Positions 27,311 to 38,500 of a stretch of DNA of 64,000 bases are shown one piece after another. A program made the position numbers and the translations under genes. The notes beneath the pieces are model-generated. The model was given only the letters and a program-made list of their open reading frames with translations. It ran no database searches and was not told where the DNA came from. Where the stretch lies: contig JAGAIW010000181.1 of NCBI GenBank assembly GCA_017626305.1, forward strand, positions 4,283 through 68,282, in the 5' to 3' direction. How positions within the stretch are numbered: position 1 is the first letter of the stretch; every line of letters starts with the position of its first letter. The stretch is from Clostridia bacterium. Its GTDB lineage: Bacteria > Bacillota > Clostridia > Christensenellales > Borkfalkiaceae.

Positions 27311-30238
27311 ATGAAAATAACTAAAACAATTGCCTTAACGGGCTTAACGCTTGCTGGATTGACTATCTTTGCGGCTTGCGGAAATAGAATAGACACGCCT
27401 ACGGGTATCACCATCGACATGAACAATAAGCTCACGTGGACGGCGGTAGAAGACGCCCGTCGTTACGTCGTGGAAATTACGGACGTGGATTCGGGCGAAA
27501 AGAAAGAAGTATCTTCGAAAAAGAACGCTTATTCGTTATCAGGCTTGGAAGAAGGCGAATATTTAATTCGCATAAAAGCGATTGCAGGCAATAAAAACGA
27601 ACAAGACTCCGAATGGTCGGTGCAGTACGAATTTGAAAAGATGTACGAGGCAGGCTGTTTGTATTCGCTCGTCAATAACGTAGAGTACGAAATTATCAAA
27701 GCAGGTTCGGCGTCGGGTGAAGTCATTATTGACGGTACGTATCGTGGAAAACCCGTCACGAGTATCGCCGACAACGCCTTTAAGGGTACGAATGCCATTA
27801 CCAGCGTCGTTCTTGGAGAAAACATTGAGTATATAGGCAAAAACGCGTTCAGCGGTTGCTCGAATTTGACGTCGGTGTCTTTGCCCAACTCGGTAAAGAC
27901 GATCGGTCAATCGGCGTTTAAATCTTGCCGTTCGTTGAAATCGATTACCATTCCCGATACCGTTAAAGAACTCCCCGAAGAAATGTTTGCGTATTGCAGA
28001 GCTTTGGAAACGGTTGATTTGGGAGACGGGTTGGAAGTTATCGGCGAATCCGCTTTTTCCGACTGTTCCGCGTTGAAATCGATCACCATGCCCGAGAGCT
28101 TGCACACTATCGGCACGTACGCTTTTTCAGCGAATACAATGTTGAAGACGGTGAATATGGGTGAGTCGGTAACGACGATTGACCCGTATGCGTTTTTTAG
28201 ATGCGAGTCGCTTACCGATTTGAATTTTGCCGAAGACGGCGAGTTGGAAGTTATCGGTGAATACGCTTTTTCCGAATGTACCGTTCTTGCGAGCGTGGAA
28301 TTCCCGAAATCGTTAAATGAAATCGGTTATGCGTCTTTCTACGATTGTCCTTCGCTTGCGAGCGTTGACATTCCCGAAACGGTCAAGCGCGTGCGCGAGT
28401 ACGCTTTTAGCGCCACTAAATTCTATATCGACGCCGTAGAAGCGAAAGCTCCGCTTGTCTATGCCGACGACTGGATTATTCATTGTACGGTAAAGGATAG
28501 ATTGTGGAGTATCATGCAGGAAACGATTACGCTTGACGAGTACGGCGGGGAAAGTTTTTCATTGAAAACGGATGAAAACGGAAACGTTTGCGTTATCGGT
28601 ATTGCCGACGCGGCTTTCGCACATTCGAAGAATTTGGATAGAATCAATTTACCCAAATCGGTTAAATACCTTGGTGTATATTCCTTTTATAAAAATATCG
28701 AATTAGGGCAGGTAACTCTGTATAACAGTAGTATTCAAACGATCGGCGAACGCGCGTTCCAAAGCTGTACGACGTTAAGTACGTTGAATTTGGCAAACAA
28801 CGAAGGCGAATCGCCCGTGAAACGTATTGACAGCTATGCCTTCTACGGTTGTACGCTATTGAGTAACGACCTTTACGGTGACTCGATTATTCCCGATAGC
28901 GTAGAATCTATCGGTACGTACGCTTTTAAAAACACCTTGCTTTGGAATATGCCAGCCGACGACGGCGTGGTATATGCGGGAAACTGGGTCGTTGGATATA
29001 ACGCCGACACCATTTCCAGCGTGGAGATTAGAGAAGATACGCGCGGTATTGCCGATTACGCGTTTTATCAATGCGAAACGTTACGAACGGTAAGACGTTT
29101 GGCTGTTCCGCTCTATATCGGCAGAGGCGCTTTCTACGGCTGTACGACCTTAGAAGTAGCCAACTTGAATACGGACATGCAAAAAATCGAGCCGTACACC
29201 TTCTATAAGTGTATTTCTCTTACGAGCGTGGATATGCCCAGAGAACTCAAAGAAATCGGGCGTTCGGCGTTCTATAAATGCGAGCATATGGGCGCAATAG
29301 AATTGCCCGCTACGTTGAAAAAAATCGACGCGTATGCTTTTTACGGCTGTACAAACTTAGACAAAGTAACCTTTAAGGTAGATATTGATTTGCAAACGCA
29401 ATCGTTTACAGGCGTGCAATCTATCGGAGATTACGCCTTCTATAAGTGCGCAACCTTGAAGGAGTTGACGCTGCCGAATACCTTGACGGATATGGGCATG
29501 CGTGCGTTCGGCAAATGCGACGCCTTAAAGAAGGTGACGTTTGGTAGCGGCTTGACAAACATTAGCGACCGCGCATTCCAAAACTGCGTATCCTTAGAAG
29601 AAGTCGTCGTTCCGTCCAACATTAAAACGGTTGGGAAATACGCCTTTTATAAATGCACGAGCTTGCGCAACGTCGTGTTGTCCGAAGGCGTGACGCAAAT
29701 TGACGATTACGCTTTCTACGGCGTGGAAAATCTTTGGAAAGTATCATTGCCGCAAAGCTTGGAACGTATCGGTAAATATGCGTTCAAGGGCTGTAAAACG
29801 TTGCAATCGGTTACGTTGCGTAGCTCGGTGGAAGAAATCGGCGCGCATGCATTCTACGGTTGTAAAGACATGACGGTTTACACCGACGCAACGAAGGCGA
29901 ATACGGGCTGGCATTCCCGTTGGAATTCTTCCTATCGTCCCGTGGTTTGGGGTTGTACGTTCTCCGAAGACGGCAGCTACGTCGTTTCGATTACGATCGG
30001 GGAAAAGACCTTCACAAATGCAAAAGCAACGACGACGCTTACCGCGCCCAAGCGCGAAGGCTATACGTTTGCAGGTTGGGCAACGGACGCAGAAACAATG
30101 GAAATTGTTTATCAAACGGGTGAAATCGTAAATGCTCCCGTCGATACGACGGTATACGCCGTTTGGACGGAAGGCGCGGAAGAAATTCCCGCTTTGCCTA
30201 CCCCGCCCGACGGTGGAAACGCCGTACCTGCGCCATAA
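27311..30238 (+). CDS. surface lipoprotein: Fn3-like module + BspA-type LRR array + C-terminal Flg_new repeat
   Basis: 975-aa ORF with GGGAG SD. Lipobox LTIFAA|CGN. KLTWTAVEDARRYVVEI matches the modules in the 3368-aa protein. LRR units follow (e.g. SVKTIGQSAFKSCRSLKSITIPDTVKEL). C-terminal REGYTFAGWATDAE...VYAVW. Confidence 0.9.
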   Translation: MKITKTIALTGLTLAGLTIFAACGNRIDTPTGITIDMNNKLTWTAVEDARRYVVEITDVDSGEKKEVSSKKNAYSLSGLEEGEYLIRIKAIAGNKNEQDSEWSVQYEFEKMYEAGCLYSLVNNVEYEIIKAGSASGEVIIDGTYRGKPVTSIADNAFKGTNAITSVVLGENIEYIGKNAFSGCSNLTSVSLPNSVKTIGQSAFKSCRSLKSITIPDTVKELPEEMFAYCRALETVDLGDGLEVIGESAFSDCSALKSITMPESLHTIGTYAFSANTMLKTVNMGESVTTIDPYAFFRCESLTDLNFAEDGELEVIGEYAFSECTVLASVEFPKSLNEIGYASFYDCPSLASVDIPETVKRVREYAFSATKFYIDAVEAKAPLVYADDWIIHCTVKDRLWSIMQETITLDEYGGESFSLKTDENGNVCVIGIADAAFAHSKNLDRINLPKSVKYLGVYSFYKNIELGQVTLYNSSIQTIGERAFQSCTTLSTLNLANNEGESPVKRIDSYAFYGCTLLSNDLYGDSIIPDSVESIGTYAFKNTLLWNMPADDGVVYAGNWVVGYNADTISSVEIREDTRGIADYAFYQCETLRTVRRLAVPLYIGRGAFYGCTTLEVANLNTDMQKIEPYTFYKCISLTSVDMPRELKEIGRSAFYKCEHMGAIELPATLKKIDAYAFYGCTNLDKVTFKVDIDLQTQSFTGVQSIGDYAFYKCATLKELTLPNTLTDMGMRAFGKCDALKKVTFGSGLTNISDRAFQNCVSLEEVVVPSNIKTVGKYAFYKCTSLRNVVLSEGVTQIDDYAFYGVENLWKVSLPQSLERIGKYAFKGCKTLQSVTLRSSVEEIGAHAFYGCKDMTVYTDATKANTGWHSRWNSSYRPVVWGCTFSEDGSYVVSITIGEKTFTNAKATTTLTAPKREGYTFAGWATDAETMEIVYQTGEIVNAPVDTTVYAVWTEGAEEIPALPTPPDGGNAVPAP
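27721..29880 (+). repeat. coding BspA-type LRR array inside the 975-aa ORF
   Basis: Recurring ..IP.SV..IG..AF..C..L units from VTSIADNAFKGTNAITSVVL to VEEIGAHAFYGCKDMTVY. Confidence 0.8.
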
Positions 30239-30291
30239 AGAAAAATTTCACCTTTTTATCAAAAAAAAATCTTGTAAAACAAGCACTTTAT

Positions 30292-30320
30292 TTGACAAAA
30301 AGATTGCAAAGGACTATAAT
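30292..30320 (+). promoter_or_regulatory. SigA-type consensus promoter of the 1726-aa gene
   Basis: TTGACA (30292-30297), 17 nt, TATAAT (30315-30320), 38 nt upstream of the ATG at 30359. Confidence 0.6.
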
Positions 30321-30358
30321 TATAAAGGGAAAAATTCCTTAATAAAAGGAGAACTATA

Positions 30359-33300
30359 ATGAGGAAGATAAAAAAAGTACTTTTGACGGCTGTCATGACG
30401 TTGCTAATGGGGGTAACGTTCGCTTTTTCCGTTGCTTGCGGCGAAGAAAACGTAACGGTATCCTTTAATACGGGCGACGGGGACGCTATTGCCAGCGTAG
30501 AGCTTAGCGAAGGAAAAGCGTATACGCTGCCTACGCCTACCTACGAAGGATACAGCTTTGAAGGTTGGTACACGAACGCGGAATTTACGGGCGACCCCGT
30601 AACGGATATCGTAGCCAGCAAAAACGTAACCTACTACGCGAAGTGGGAAAAAATGTATTTGGTTACGCTTGACCTTAACGGCGGTGAGCTTGACGTTACG
30701 TCGTTGTACTTAAAGTTAGGCGAAAACGTCTACGACGCCGTATCCGAGCTCGTACCGACCAAAGGCGAGCTTGTGTTCGGCGCATGGTTTGACGGCGAAG
30801 AAGAACTGGGTACGAATACCAGAATGACCGAAGACGGTATCGAACTCAAAGCAGAATACAAAATTAAATACGTTGTGGAATGCTACGAACAAAAGCTTTC
30901 TCTCGACGGATATGATAAGAGCGAAACGACCTACGAAGAATATGCTTACGTAGGCGATACCGTTTTTGCGGAGTATACGTTGGCGGGCTTTGAAGAAATC
31001 GACCACGACAATACGGTTCGCGAATTAGTCATCACCGAAACGCAAGCGGACAACGTTTTAAAGCTCTACTTCGATAGAGAAGAATACGAAGTTGTTTTCC
31101 ACTCCAACGCACCCGACGGTTCTACCGATACCCAGACGTACGAAGTGGTATACGGTCAGGAAATCGACCCCCCGTATGATTATACGGCAAAAGGCTATTG
31201 TCTTTTGGGTTGGGCAAGCAGCAAGGACGGCGAGATTGAATACGAAGCGAACTACATAGATAAGATGCTGCAAAACGCGCAAGCGAGCGAAACGAAAAAG
31301 ATTAAGCCCACCAGAGATATGGCGTTGTACGGCGTATGGCTGGAAGCTTACGTAGACATGTTCGGCAACGACGACTACCTGTATCTTGTAGAAGAAGAAG
31401 TAACGGTAGGCGAAACGACGGTAACGGCATATCACGTATATCTTAGCCGCGGTGACGTATACTTTGAAGGAAAATACGACGCAGAAGACAAATACTTCTC
31501 GTTTAAATCCAACAATAAGACGATTGCGGAAGGTTGGCTTAAAGACGGACGTAAGTTTATCTATAAAAATTCCGACCGCGCTGACGTAATTTGCACGAAG
31601 TATGTCTTTGGCGCAGGCTTGGACGTAGCGGAAAAAATTAAGTTTGACTCGGAAAACGGCATCACCTATATCCAAACGGGTGATGATAATATCGATAAAA
31701 AAGCGTACGGTACGTATTACATCAACGACGAAGGGTATTACGTAGCGAAGTTCGTAGCAACGGAAGATACGACCTTGACGGAGCTCAACGATAAGACGTT
31801 GACCATGACCGTCGGTTACGTTGCAGATTATTCGACGAATAGCTATGTGCCTGCTTTCCAAGTACGCAACGACAACGAAGTGGAAATGGGTTCGCTCGTT
31901 CGTTTCGGGTTTGACCAAAGCGGTCAGCTTGCTTATTTTATCGACGAAAATAGAAAGCCTATTTACGATTTATCGCTTGACGGATTTGGCACGGCGAACT
32001 TCAATTTAGGCGGCGGCGAATACGAATCGTATTTCTACATTCTTGACGACGACGGCGAAACGCTGTATCTTTACGAACGTCAACAAGGTCAGTTGATTAT
32101 GACCATGAAGATTTTCTACGAAGAACAGTATGAAAAGCTCGGTTATATGCAATACAACAAAGACCTTGTCGGTTCGTTCGGTTTTGGCGACGGCGTCATG
32201 AAACTTGACGGCATATGCAAAGCGACGTACGAAACGGAATCGGGTACGGTTAGTGGATATTATACGTCTTCCGCATCTGCGCTCGGCGGTACGATTGTGG
32301 ATATCCGCATGGGTCAAAACGTCTATAAAATGATCGTTACCATTACGCAAACGCAGCTTGGCGACATGATTATGACGGAAACGACCGTTGAAGAAAAGAC
32401 GTCGACGTATGCAGAATATTATTATATGGAAGAATCGGGCTTGTACTACGCGCCCATGTTGACTATGAACAATGAAAAAGTCGGCGACGCGTACTTGTAC
32501 GGCTATACCCAAGCAAGAACCTATGAAATTGTTTCCAAAGGTACGTATACCTACGATTCCAAGACGGGCTTGTATACGTATACCATGAAGGATACCTTCG
32601 ACGCGCCCAACGTAAGCACGACGCTCGTTGATCTTTCGACGGTAAAAACGATTGTCTTCGCGGTGGATTCTAAGGTAGCGTCGGTTAGCGTACATTACTG
32701 GTATTCCTATTCGTCGGTTGACGGTACGAATTCCGACCCTAACGATAAGACGTATACGTCGGCAGACGGTACGAAATCGTTGTTGCTCGTTTCGGGTATG
32801 GGTATCTATAAAGAAAACGGCGCGATTATCGCTTCTGGCACATACTCCACCAGCGAATCTACGGGGGTTACCACGTTAGCGGCTGCGGACGGTTACTACT
32901 ATTTTGAACTCAGCGAAACGATTGAAGGCGAAGAAACGAAACGTACGCTTGTAAAATTAGACCATGCACCGTATACGTTGAAATGGTTGACGGAAAACGG
33001 TAACGATATCAGTCCTTTGGAAACGTTGGCATTCGACGGTAAGGGCGGCGTAGTATACACCGTTACCACCAAATCGACAGAACAAAACGTTCCTGATACC
33101 GTTGTAAAATATACGGGTAAATATGAAAAGACGGGCGTTACGACGCCGCAAGGCTACTACGTGTTCCGTTTCTCGTCCGAAGCTACGGCGGATCTGGCAG
33201 CGCAGTCGTTTGAATTTATCATCATCAGCGACCACAGCGTGTTTGCAAAATATAATACGAAGTATAACGGCGTATATCAATCGGAAGAATACGGTAAGTT

Positions 33301-35539
33301 AGAACTGGACGGTTACGGTTATTTAGCAACTTGGACGGACACCGAAGGGAATACGTACACCAACAAATACTTCATTGATAAAGACGACGAAATCAAACTT
33401 TCCGTTGGAGAGAACGGCGCGTTCGTATACTTCGATTTGAAGGCGAATCGTGAATTCTCGCTCCGCGGTTTGGAAAACGGTACGTATTTGTACGTAAGCA
33501 ATCAATTGATTGACGAGATCCTTTTCCGCTTTGACGGTTACGGCAATTTGGAAGTAATTGAAATCGTTGAAGACCCCGAAAACGAAGGACAAACCAAAGA
33601 AAATATTCTCGGTAAGGGTACGTACGAGTTTAACGAAGAATGGATTACCATTACGTATAAGCTCACGGGCGACAATCAACCCTACGTTTTGTACGGTCAG
33701 CTCGGATATTACTACCTTGACAGTACGGCGTTTAACGCATTCTTCGAATATACCGAAGAAGTCGTAAAGACGTACGTAAATGCAGCGGACTATACCGTTG
33801 TAAAGCTCGACGGGTTCGGCAACGCTACCGTTCACGGTAAGTACGGTATCGTAGAAAATGGCTACTACACGTTGGTTACCGATTCCTTGCTGTATTACGT
33901 AAATGCGTCCAACACCGACGCGCGCTTGTATACGTACAACGCTGCGAAGGGCACGATTGCTCCCGTTTCGTTGAAGGCAAGGGGCTACTATACGGAAAAC
34001 CTTGAATCGTTGCTGTTCACTAAGTACGGCTTTGCGATTTTCAACGGTCAAACGCGTTATTACTATTACCTTAACGATAACAACGAAGTAACCATCTATC
34101 GTGAAGCGACCGATAGTGATACGAAAGTAAATAAATACGGTTTCGTTGAAGAAGTTTTCGGCGAATACTCCGCAACCAAGGAATACGGCGGTAAGACGTA
34201 TTATGCCAGCGAAAAGAACGCGCTCAGCTTTGAACGTAAAGCGGACAACGCAACGAAATATCCTTATAAAGGTCAACCGCTTACCAAATTAACGTTTTCG
34301 CCTACGGGTGACGGTTCGTTCACCGCTGTCGGCGGCATAACGTTTGGTGAAGGGGAAACGGCGACGTCCAAAGAATGTACGGTAGTACGTAACGTCTTAG
34401 AAGACGGCTCGGTAGAATTCTACGTACTTGTGGATAGTTTCTATCGTTTTGATATTGCGGTAGACTATAAGGGCGACATGGACGAATCGGTAGTCAATAC
34501 CTACGAAATCAAGAGCATGTCGAAAGTGATTTCTACGCCTTCGAATTACTATTTGACAATGCAGGGATTCTACATGCTTATGGGCGCTGCGGATATGGCT
34601 GCGGACTTGGAAAACGCTTACGGTGATATCAGCTTAGTGGCGACGTATAACGAACAAGGCGAAGAAACAGGTTTCTCTTTTGCGGGTTCGTTCTATGATA
34701 AGTCGGCAATGTACGACGTAGACGGCAATATTATCGGCGAATGGAGCGGTATGCCTATCTATGACGTGCAAACGGACGCCGTTATAGATTCCATTGAAAA
34801 GATTCAGTTGAAAGCGAGCAAGTTGTACAAGGCAACCAAGACAGTTGGCGATTACAAATATCATTTGTATTTTACTTTCAGCCAAAATCAATTATTGACC
34901 GGCGTTTACGGTTACGACGTCTATGCGTTCACACGTGAAGAAGTTTTGACGACGGAAGATAAAGCGTATAAAGTATCCATTGAACGCGTAATTACTTCCG
35001 ATAGAAGTATGAAGGCGGGCACGTTCTTCAATATTACGCTGTGCACGGGTGAACAAGGCGGCGACAGCAGCTGGCTCTACACCGAAGTGGGAGCAGGCGA
35101 CGCTTGGTACGAAAAAGACGGATATTTGTACTTTATCGTTCGTACGAAAAATGAAGAAACGGGCTTAATCGAATCTTCCAACTACTATAAGTTAGAGCTT
35201 GAACAAGAGCTTGACGAAACGGTAGAAGGAGAAGGCGCAACGACGAACAAGAACCCCGTTAAAGTATATACGGCGTTTAAGAGCGTTGCTGTTGAAGCGG
35301 TGAATACGTTGTACGCGGTAGGCGACGATAAGTCGTTTATAGATATCAACACGGTAACGGGCAAGGCAATGATTTTGAGCCTGGACGGTGTAGGTTATAT
35401 CGTAATAGACAGCACGTATGACGAAGCGACGAAAACGTATACCGTTAAGCTCAGCGAAAAGCTTTCGTATACGGTAAAGGTAGAAGACAGCGGTAGAGTA
35501 ACGATTATGGAAATTGTTGCTACGGAAGAAAACGCTTAA
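30359..35539 (+). CDS. large surface lipoprotein: N-terminal Flg_new repeats followed by ~1400 aa of unrecognised Tyr/Thr-rich repeat modules
   Basis: 1726-aa ORF with AAGGAG SD. Lipobox FAFSVA|CGE. Flg_new signatures include YEGYSFEGWYTNAEF...YYAKW and KGYCLLGWASSKDG...LYGVW. The remainder has no motif I recognise apart from an internal (L/F)DGxG periodicity. Confidence 0.85.
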   Translation: MRKIKKVLLTAVMTLLMGVTFAFSVACGEENVTVSFNTGDGDAIASVELSEGKAYTLPTPTYEGYSFEGWYTNAEFTGDPVTDIVASKNVTYYAKWEKMYLVTLDLNGGELDVTSLYLKLGENVYDAVSELVPTKGELVFGAWFDGEEELGTNTRMTEDGIELKAEYKIKYVVECYEQKLSLDGYDKSETTYEEYAYVGDTVFAEYTLAGFEEIDHDNTVRELVITETQADNVLKLYFDREEYEVVFHSNAPDGSTDTQTYEVVYGQEIDPPYDYTAKGYCLLGWASSKDGEIEYEANYIDKMLQNAQASETKKIKPTRDMALYGVWLEAYVDMFGNDDYLYLVEEEVTVGETTVTAYHVYLSRGDVYFEGKYDAEDKYFSFKSNNKTIAEGWLKDGRKFIYKNSDRADVICTKYVFGAGLDVAEKIKFDSENGITYIQTGDDNIDKKAYGTYYINDEGYYVAKFVATEDTTLTELNDKTLTMTVGYVADYSTNSYVPAFQVRNDNEVEMGSLVRFGFDQSGQLAYFIDENRKPIYDLSLDGFGTANFNLGGGEYESYFYILDDDGETLYLYERQQGQLIMTMKIFYEEQYEKLGYMQYNKDLVGSFGFGDGVMKLDGICKATYETESGTVSGYYTSSASALGGTIVDIRMGQNVYKMIVTITQTQLGDMIMTETTVEEKTSTYAEYYYMEESGLYYAPMLTMNNEKVGDAYLYGYTQARTYEIVSKGTYTYDSKTGLYTYTMKDTFDAPNVSTTLVDLSTVKTIVFAVDSKVASVSVHYWYSYSSVDGTNSDPNDKTYTSADGTKSLLLVSGMGIYKENGAIIASGTYSTSESTGVTTLAAADGYYYFELSETIEGEETKRTLVKLDHAPYTLKWLTENGNDISPLETLAFDGKGGVVYTVTTKSTEQNVPDTVVKYTGKYEKTGVTTPQGYYVFRFSSEATADLAAQSFEFIIISDHSVFAKYNTKYNGVYQSEEYGKLELDGYGYLATWTDTEGNTYTNKYFIDKDDEIKLSVGENGAFVYFDLKANREFSLRGLENGTYLYVSNQLIDEILFRFDGYGNLEVIEIVEDPENEGQTKENILGKGTYEFNEEWITITYKLTGDNQPYVLYGQLGYYYLDSTAFNAFFEYTEEVVKTYVNAADYTVVKLDGFGNATVHGKYGIVENGYYTLVTDSLLYYVNASNTDARLYTYNAAKGTIAPVSLKARGYYTENLESLLFTKYGFAIFNGQTRYYYYLNDNNEVTIYREATDSDTKVNKYGFVEEVFGEYSATKEYGGKTYYASEKNALSFERKADNATKYPYKGQPLTKLTFSPTGDGSFTAVGGITFGEGETATSKECTVVRNVLEDGSVEFYVLVDSFYRFDIAVDYKGDMDESVVNTYEIKSMSKVISTPSNYYLTMQGFYMLMGAADMAADLENAYGDISLVATYNEQGEETGFSFAGSFYDKSAMYDVDGNIIGEWSGMPIYDVQTDAVIDSIEKIQLKASKLYKATKTVGDYKYHLYFTFSQNQLLTGVYGYDVYAFTREEVLTTEDKAYKVSIERVITSDRSMKAGTFFNITLCTGEQGGDSSWLYTEVGAGDAWYEKDGYLYFIVRTKNEETGLIESSNYYKLELEQELDETVEGEGATTNKNPVKVYTAFKSVAVEAVNTLYAVGDDKSFIDINTVTGKAMILSLDGVGYIVIDSTYDEATKTYTVKLSEKLSYTVKVEDSGRVTIMEIVATEENA

Positions 35540-35576
35540 CGAAAACGGTAAAATAATCAACGAAAAGGTAAGAATA

Positions 35577-38500
35577 ATGAAGAAACTCAAAAAAATTGCA
35601 ATTAGATGTATGTCGCTTGTCGGCGTAACTAGCATCTTTGCAGGTATTTGTGCACAAAGTTTCAACGGCATAAAGGACGGGGGCGTAAAAGTCTCCGCCC
35701 AAAATGCCGTCCAGAAGATTAACGGGTCTATCGATACGGATATTGAAAAGTATTTTGACGATAGCGTTATCTATAAACTGCCCGAAGGCGTTGCGGAAAC
35801 GCAAGAAATTTCCGTTATCGTCGATATGGCGGTAGATTCGCTGATGGATAAGTACAACCGCGGCGATATCGTCGGCACGGCAAGCGAATACGTCAACTCC
35901 CGTTCGGGTAAGACGATTGCAGACGCAATCTCCGTCAAGAGAAAGATGCTTTTGCAAAAGCTCAACAAATCGGGTGTAAACTATCAGCTTGGTGCAGAAT
36001 ACGACACCGTTTTAAGCGGTTTTGAAATCACCATTCAAGCAAAAGACTTTGAAAAGGTTGGTAATCTTTTCTCTACGGACGCGAATTTGATTGTCGGTGA
36101 AACGTATTTGCCGGCGGAAACGCAAATCATTCACAACGACGTCGACGTGTATGAAACGGGTATTTTCAATACTTCGAAATCGCAATATCAAGGCGACGGC
36201 GTTGTCGTTGCAGTACTCGATAGCGGCTTGGACTACACGCACAGCGCATTTAGCGTAGACAACTTCACGACGGAAAACGAAGCGTTCACGTTAGAAACGG
36301 TTTCCCAAAAGGTAACGGAAACGGTTGCCGCTGAATTTACTTTTGGTTTAACGGGTGAAGACGTTTATTTAAATAAAAAGATTCCCTTCGCATACGACTA
36401 TGCAGATAAAGACACGGACGTATTGCCGACCAACTCCGATCACGGTACGCACGTATCGGGTATTATTGCAGGTAAAGACGATACCATCACGGGCGTTGCG
36501 CCTAACGCGCAGCTTGCGTTCATGAAGGTATTCTCCGACTCGGCTACGGGCGCAAAAACTTCTTGGCTGTTGGCGGCTTTGGAAGACTGCGTAAAGCTCG
36601 GCGTCGACGTTGTTAACATGTCCTTGGGTTCGGGTTGCGGTTTTGCCCGTGAAGTGGACGAAGAAAACGTAAACGAAGTATACGACAGTATTCGTGACGC
36701 AGGCATTTCGCTTGTCGTTTCGGCTGGTAACGCATATAACTCCGCGTTTGGTTCGGAAAAGAACGGTAACTTGGGCTTGACGTCCAACCCCGATACGGCT
36801 ACGGTCGGTTCGCCTTCCACCTATGCGGCATCTATGTCCGTCGCTTCCGTCGACGGTGTAAAGACGCCTTATATCGTCTTTAACGGCGAAGTTATTTACT
36901 TCAACGAAGCGTCGACTTCGGACGCGAAACCCAAAGATTTCGTAGACGATATTCTCGATACGGTTGGCGAGAACGTACAAAGCCATGACTTTGAATACGT
37001 AACCATTCCCGGTATCGGTCGTGAAACCGACTATCCCAGAGAACCGGAATTCTACGCAGGAAAGATCGTACTCGTTAAGCGTGGTACGACGACCTTTGAA
37101 GACAAAGTCCGTATCGCATTGAATATAATGGGTGCGGCAGGTATCATTATTTATAATAACGTTTCGGGTACGATTTCCATGTCCGTCGGTAAAGATATCG
37201 GTGCGGTATGTTCCATTTCGCAGGACGAAGGGGAAATGCTGGCGGAACAGGGTACGGGTATTCTCCATATTGATAGAAGCCACGTGGCAGGTCCTTTCAT
37301 GTCCGACTTCTCGTCTTGGGGCCCTACTTCCGATTTACAAATAAAACCTGAAATTACGGCGCACGGCGGCGAAATTCTTTCGGCAATCCCCGGTCAAGCA
37401 TACGACGTACAATCGGGTACGTCCATGGCAGCGCCTAACCAAGCAGGTGCAACGGCGCTTATCCGTCAATACGTCAAATTCAGCAAGACGTTTGGGGAAA
37501 ATTTGAGCCCGCAAGAAGTTACAAAGCTTGTCAACCAACTTATGATGTCCACGACGGATATCGTCATGAACAAGAACGGTTTGCCTTACGCGGTTAGAAA
37601 GCAAGGTTCGGGTCTTGTCAATATCAATAAAGCCGTAACGTCCGCCGCATATATCACGACGTTTGAAAAAGACGGCACGGTTATGGATAAAACCAAGTTG
37701 GAACTTGGTGACGATAAGAAGAAGACGGGTGTTTACGACACCATTAAGTTTGCTATCAATAACGTAAGCGGTAGCACCGTTTCGTATGATATTTCTTCCA
37801 TTCTTATCACCGAAGGCATCAGCGAAACGTATACCGGTCATAGTGAAACGACGGTAACGCAGGAAGGCTATCTTTTAGACGAAGCGGTAACCAAGGTAAC
37901 GGGCGTTGAAGGCGGTCAATTGGATGGAAACGTCGTAACGGTCGCAGCCAACGGAACGGCTACGGTTACGGTAGAGATTAAGCTTTCCGAAGCAGAAAAG
38001 AAATACATGAACGATTCGTTTGCGTACGGTATGTACGTAGAAGGATTCATCAAATTACAAGCCAAGAGCGGTACGACGGTGGATATGAGCGTGCCCATGC
38101 TCGCCTTCTACGGCGACTGGACGCAATCGCCCATCTTCGACGAAGAATATTACGATACGCACGCAGACGAGCTCAACGAAGGTAAAGACCACGAAGATAA
38201 AATCATGGCGGACTCGTATGCAACGCGCGTAATCGGCGGCTTGTATAGCGACTATATCGCAACGCTCGGTTCGTACTATTTTGAACAAGATCCAGCTGCA
38301 ACGAAGATTGCTGCAAGTAAAGACCGTATTGCGATTTCCAACCAACAAAGAGATCAAAATTCTTCTATCAATACGCTCAGTTACGTTTGGGCAGGCTTGC
38401 TCCGTAACGTAAAAGAAGTGGATATCTCCATTGTGGAAGATTCTACGGGTAAGGTTGTATTTGAAAGAACGAATTATAACCAACATAAATCGTTCGGTAA

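Noticed and set aside
30239-30291. Short hairpin CTTGT-AAAA-CAAG after the 975-aa gene, considered as a terminator.
   Set aside because: It has only a 5-bp AT-rich stem and no T-run, which is too weak to call. Read-through into the 1726-aa gene cannot be excluded.
31058-34276. Minus-strand ORFs 31058-31918 (286 aa), 32006-32695 (229 aa) and 33323-34276 (317 aa) inside the 1726-aa gene.
   Set aside because: Same antisense-shadow explanation. They have no start context and no recognisable motifs.
35514-35576. Upstream extensions offered by the ORF track for the protease (35514), OppA-like (44654), deoD (4188), the small ORF (51869) and the orphan gene (7809).
   Set aside because: The extended starts overlap the preceding gene or its SD. 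The downstream ATGs have SD sequences and/or yield proper signal peptides. The 7809 versus 7842 choice remains uncertain.
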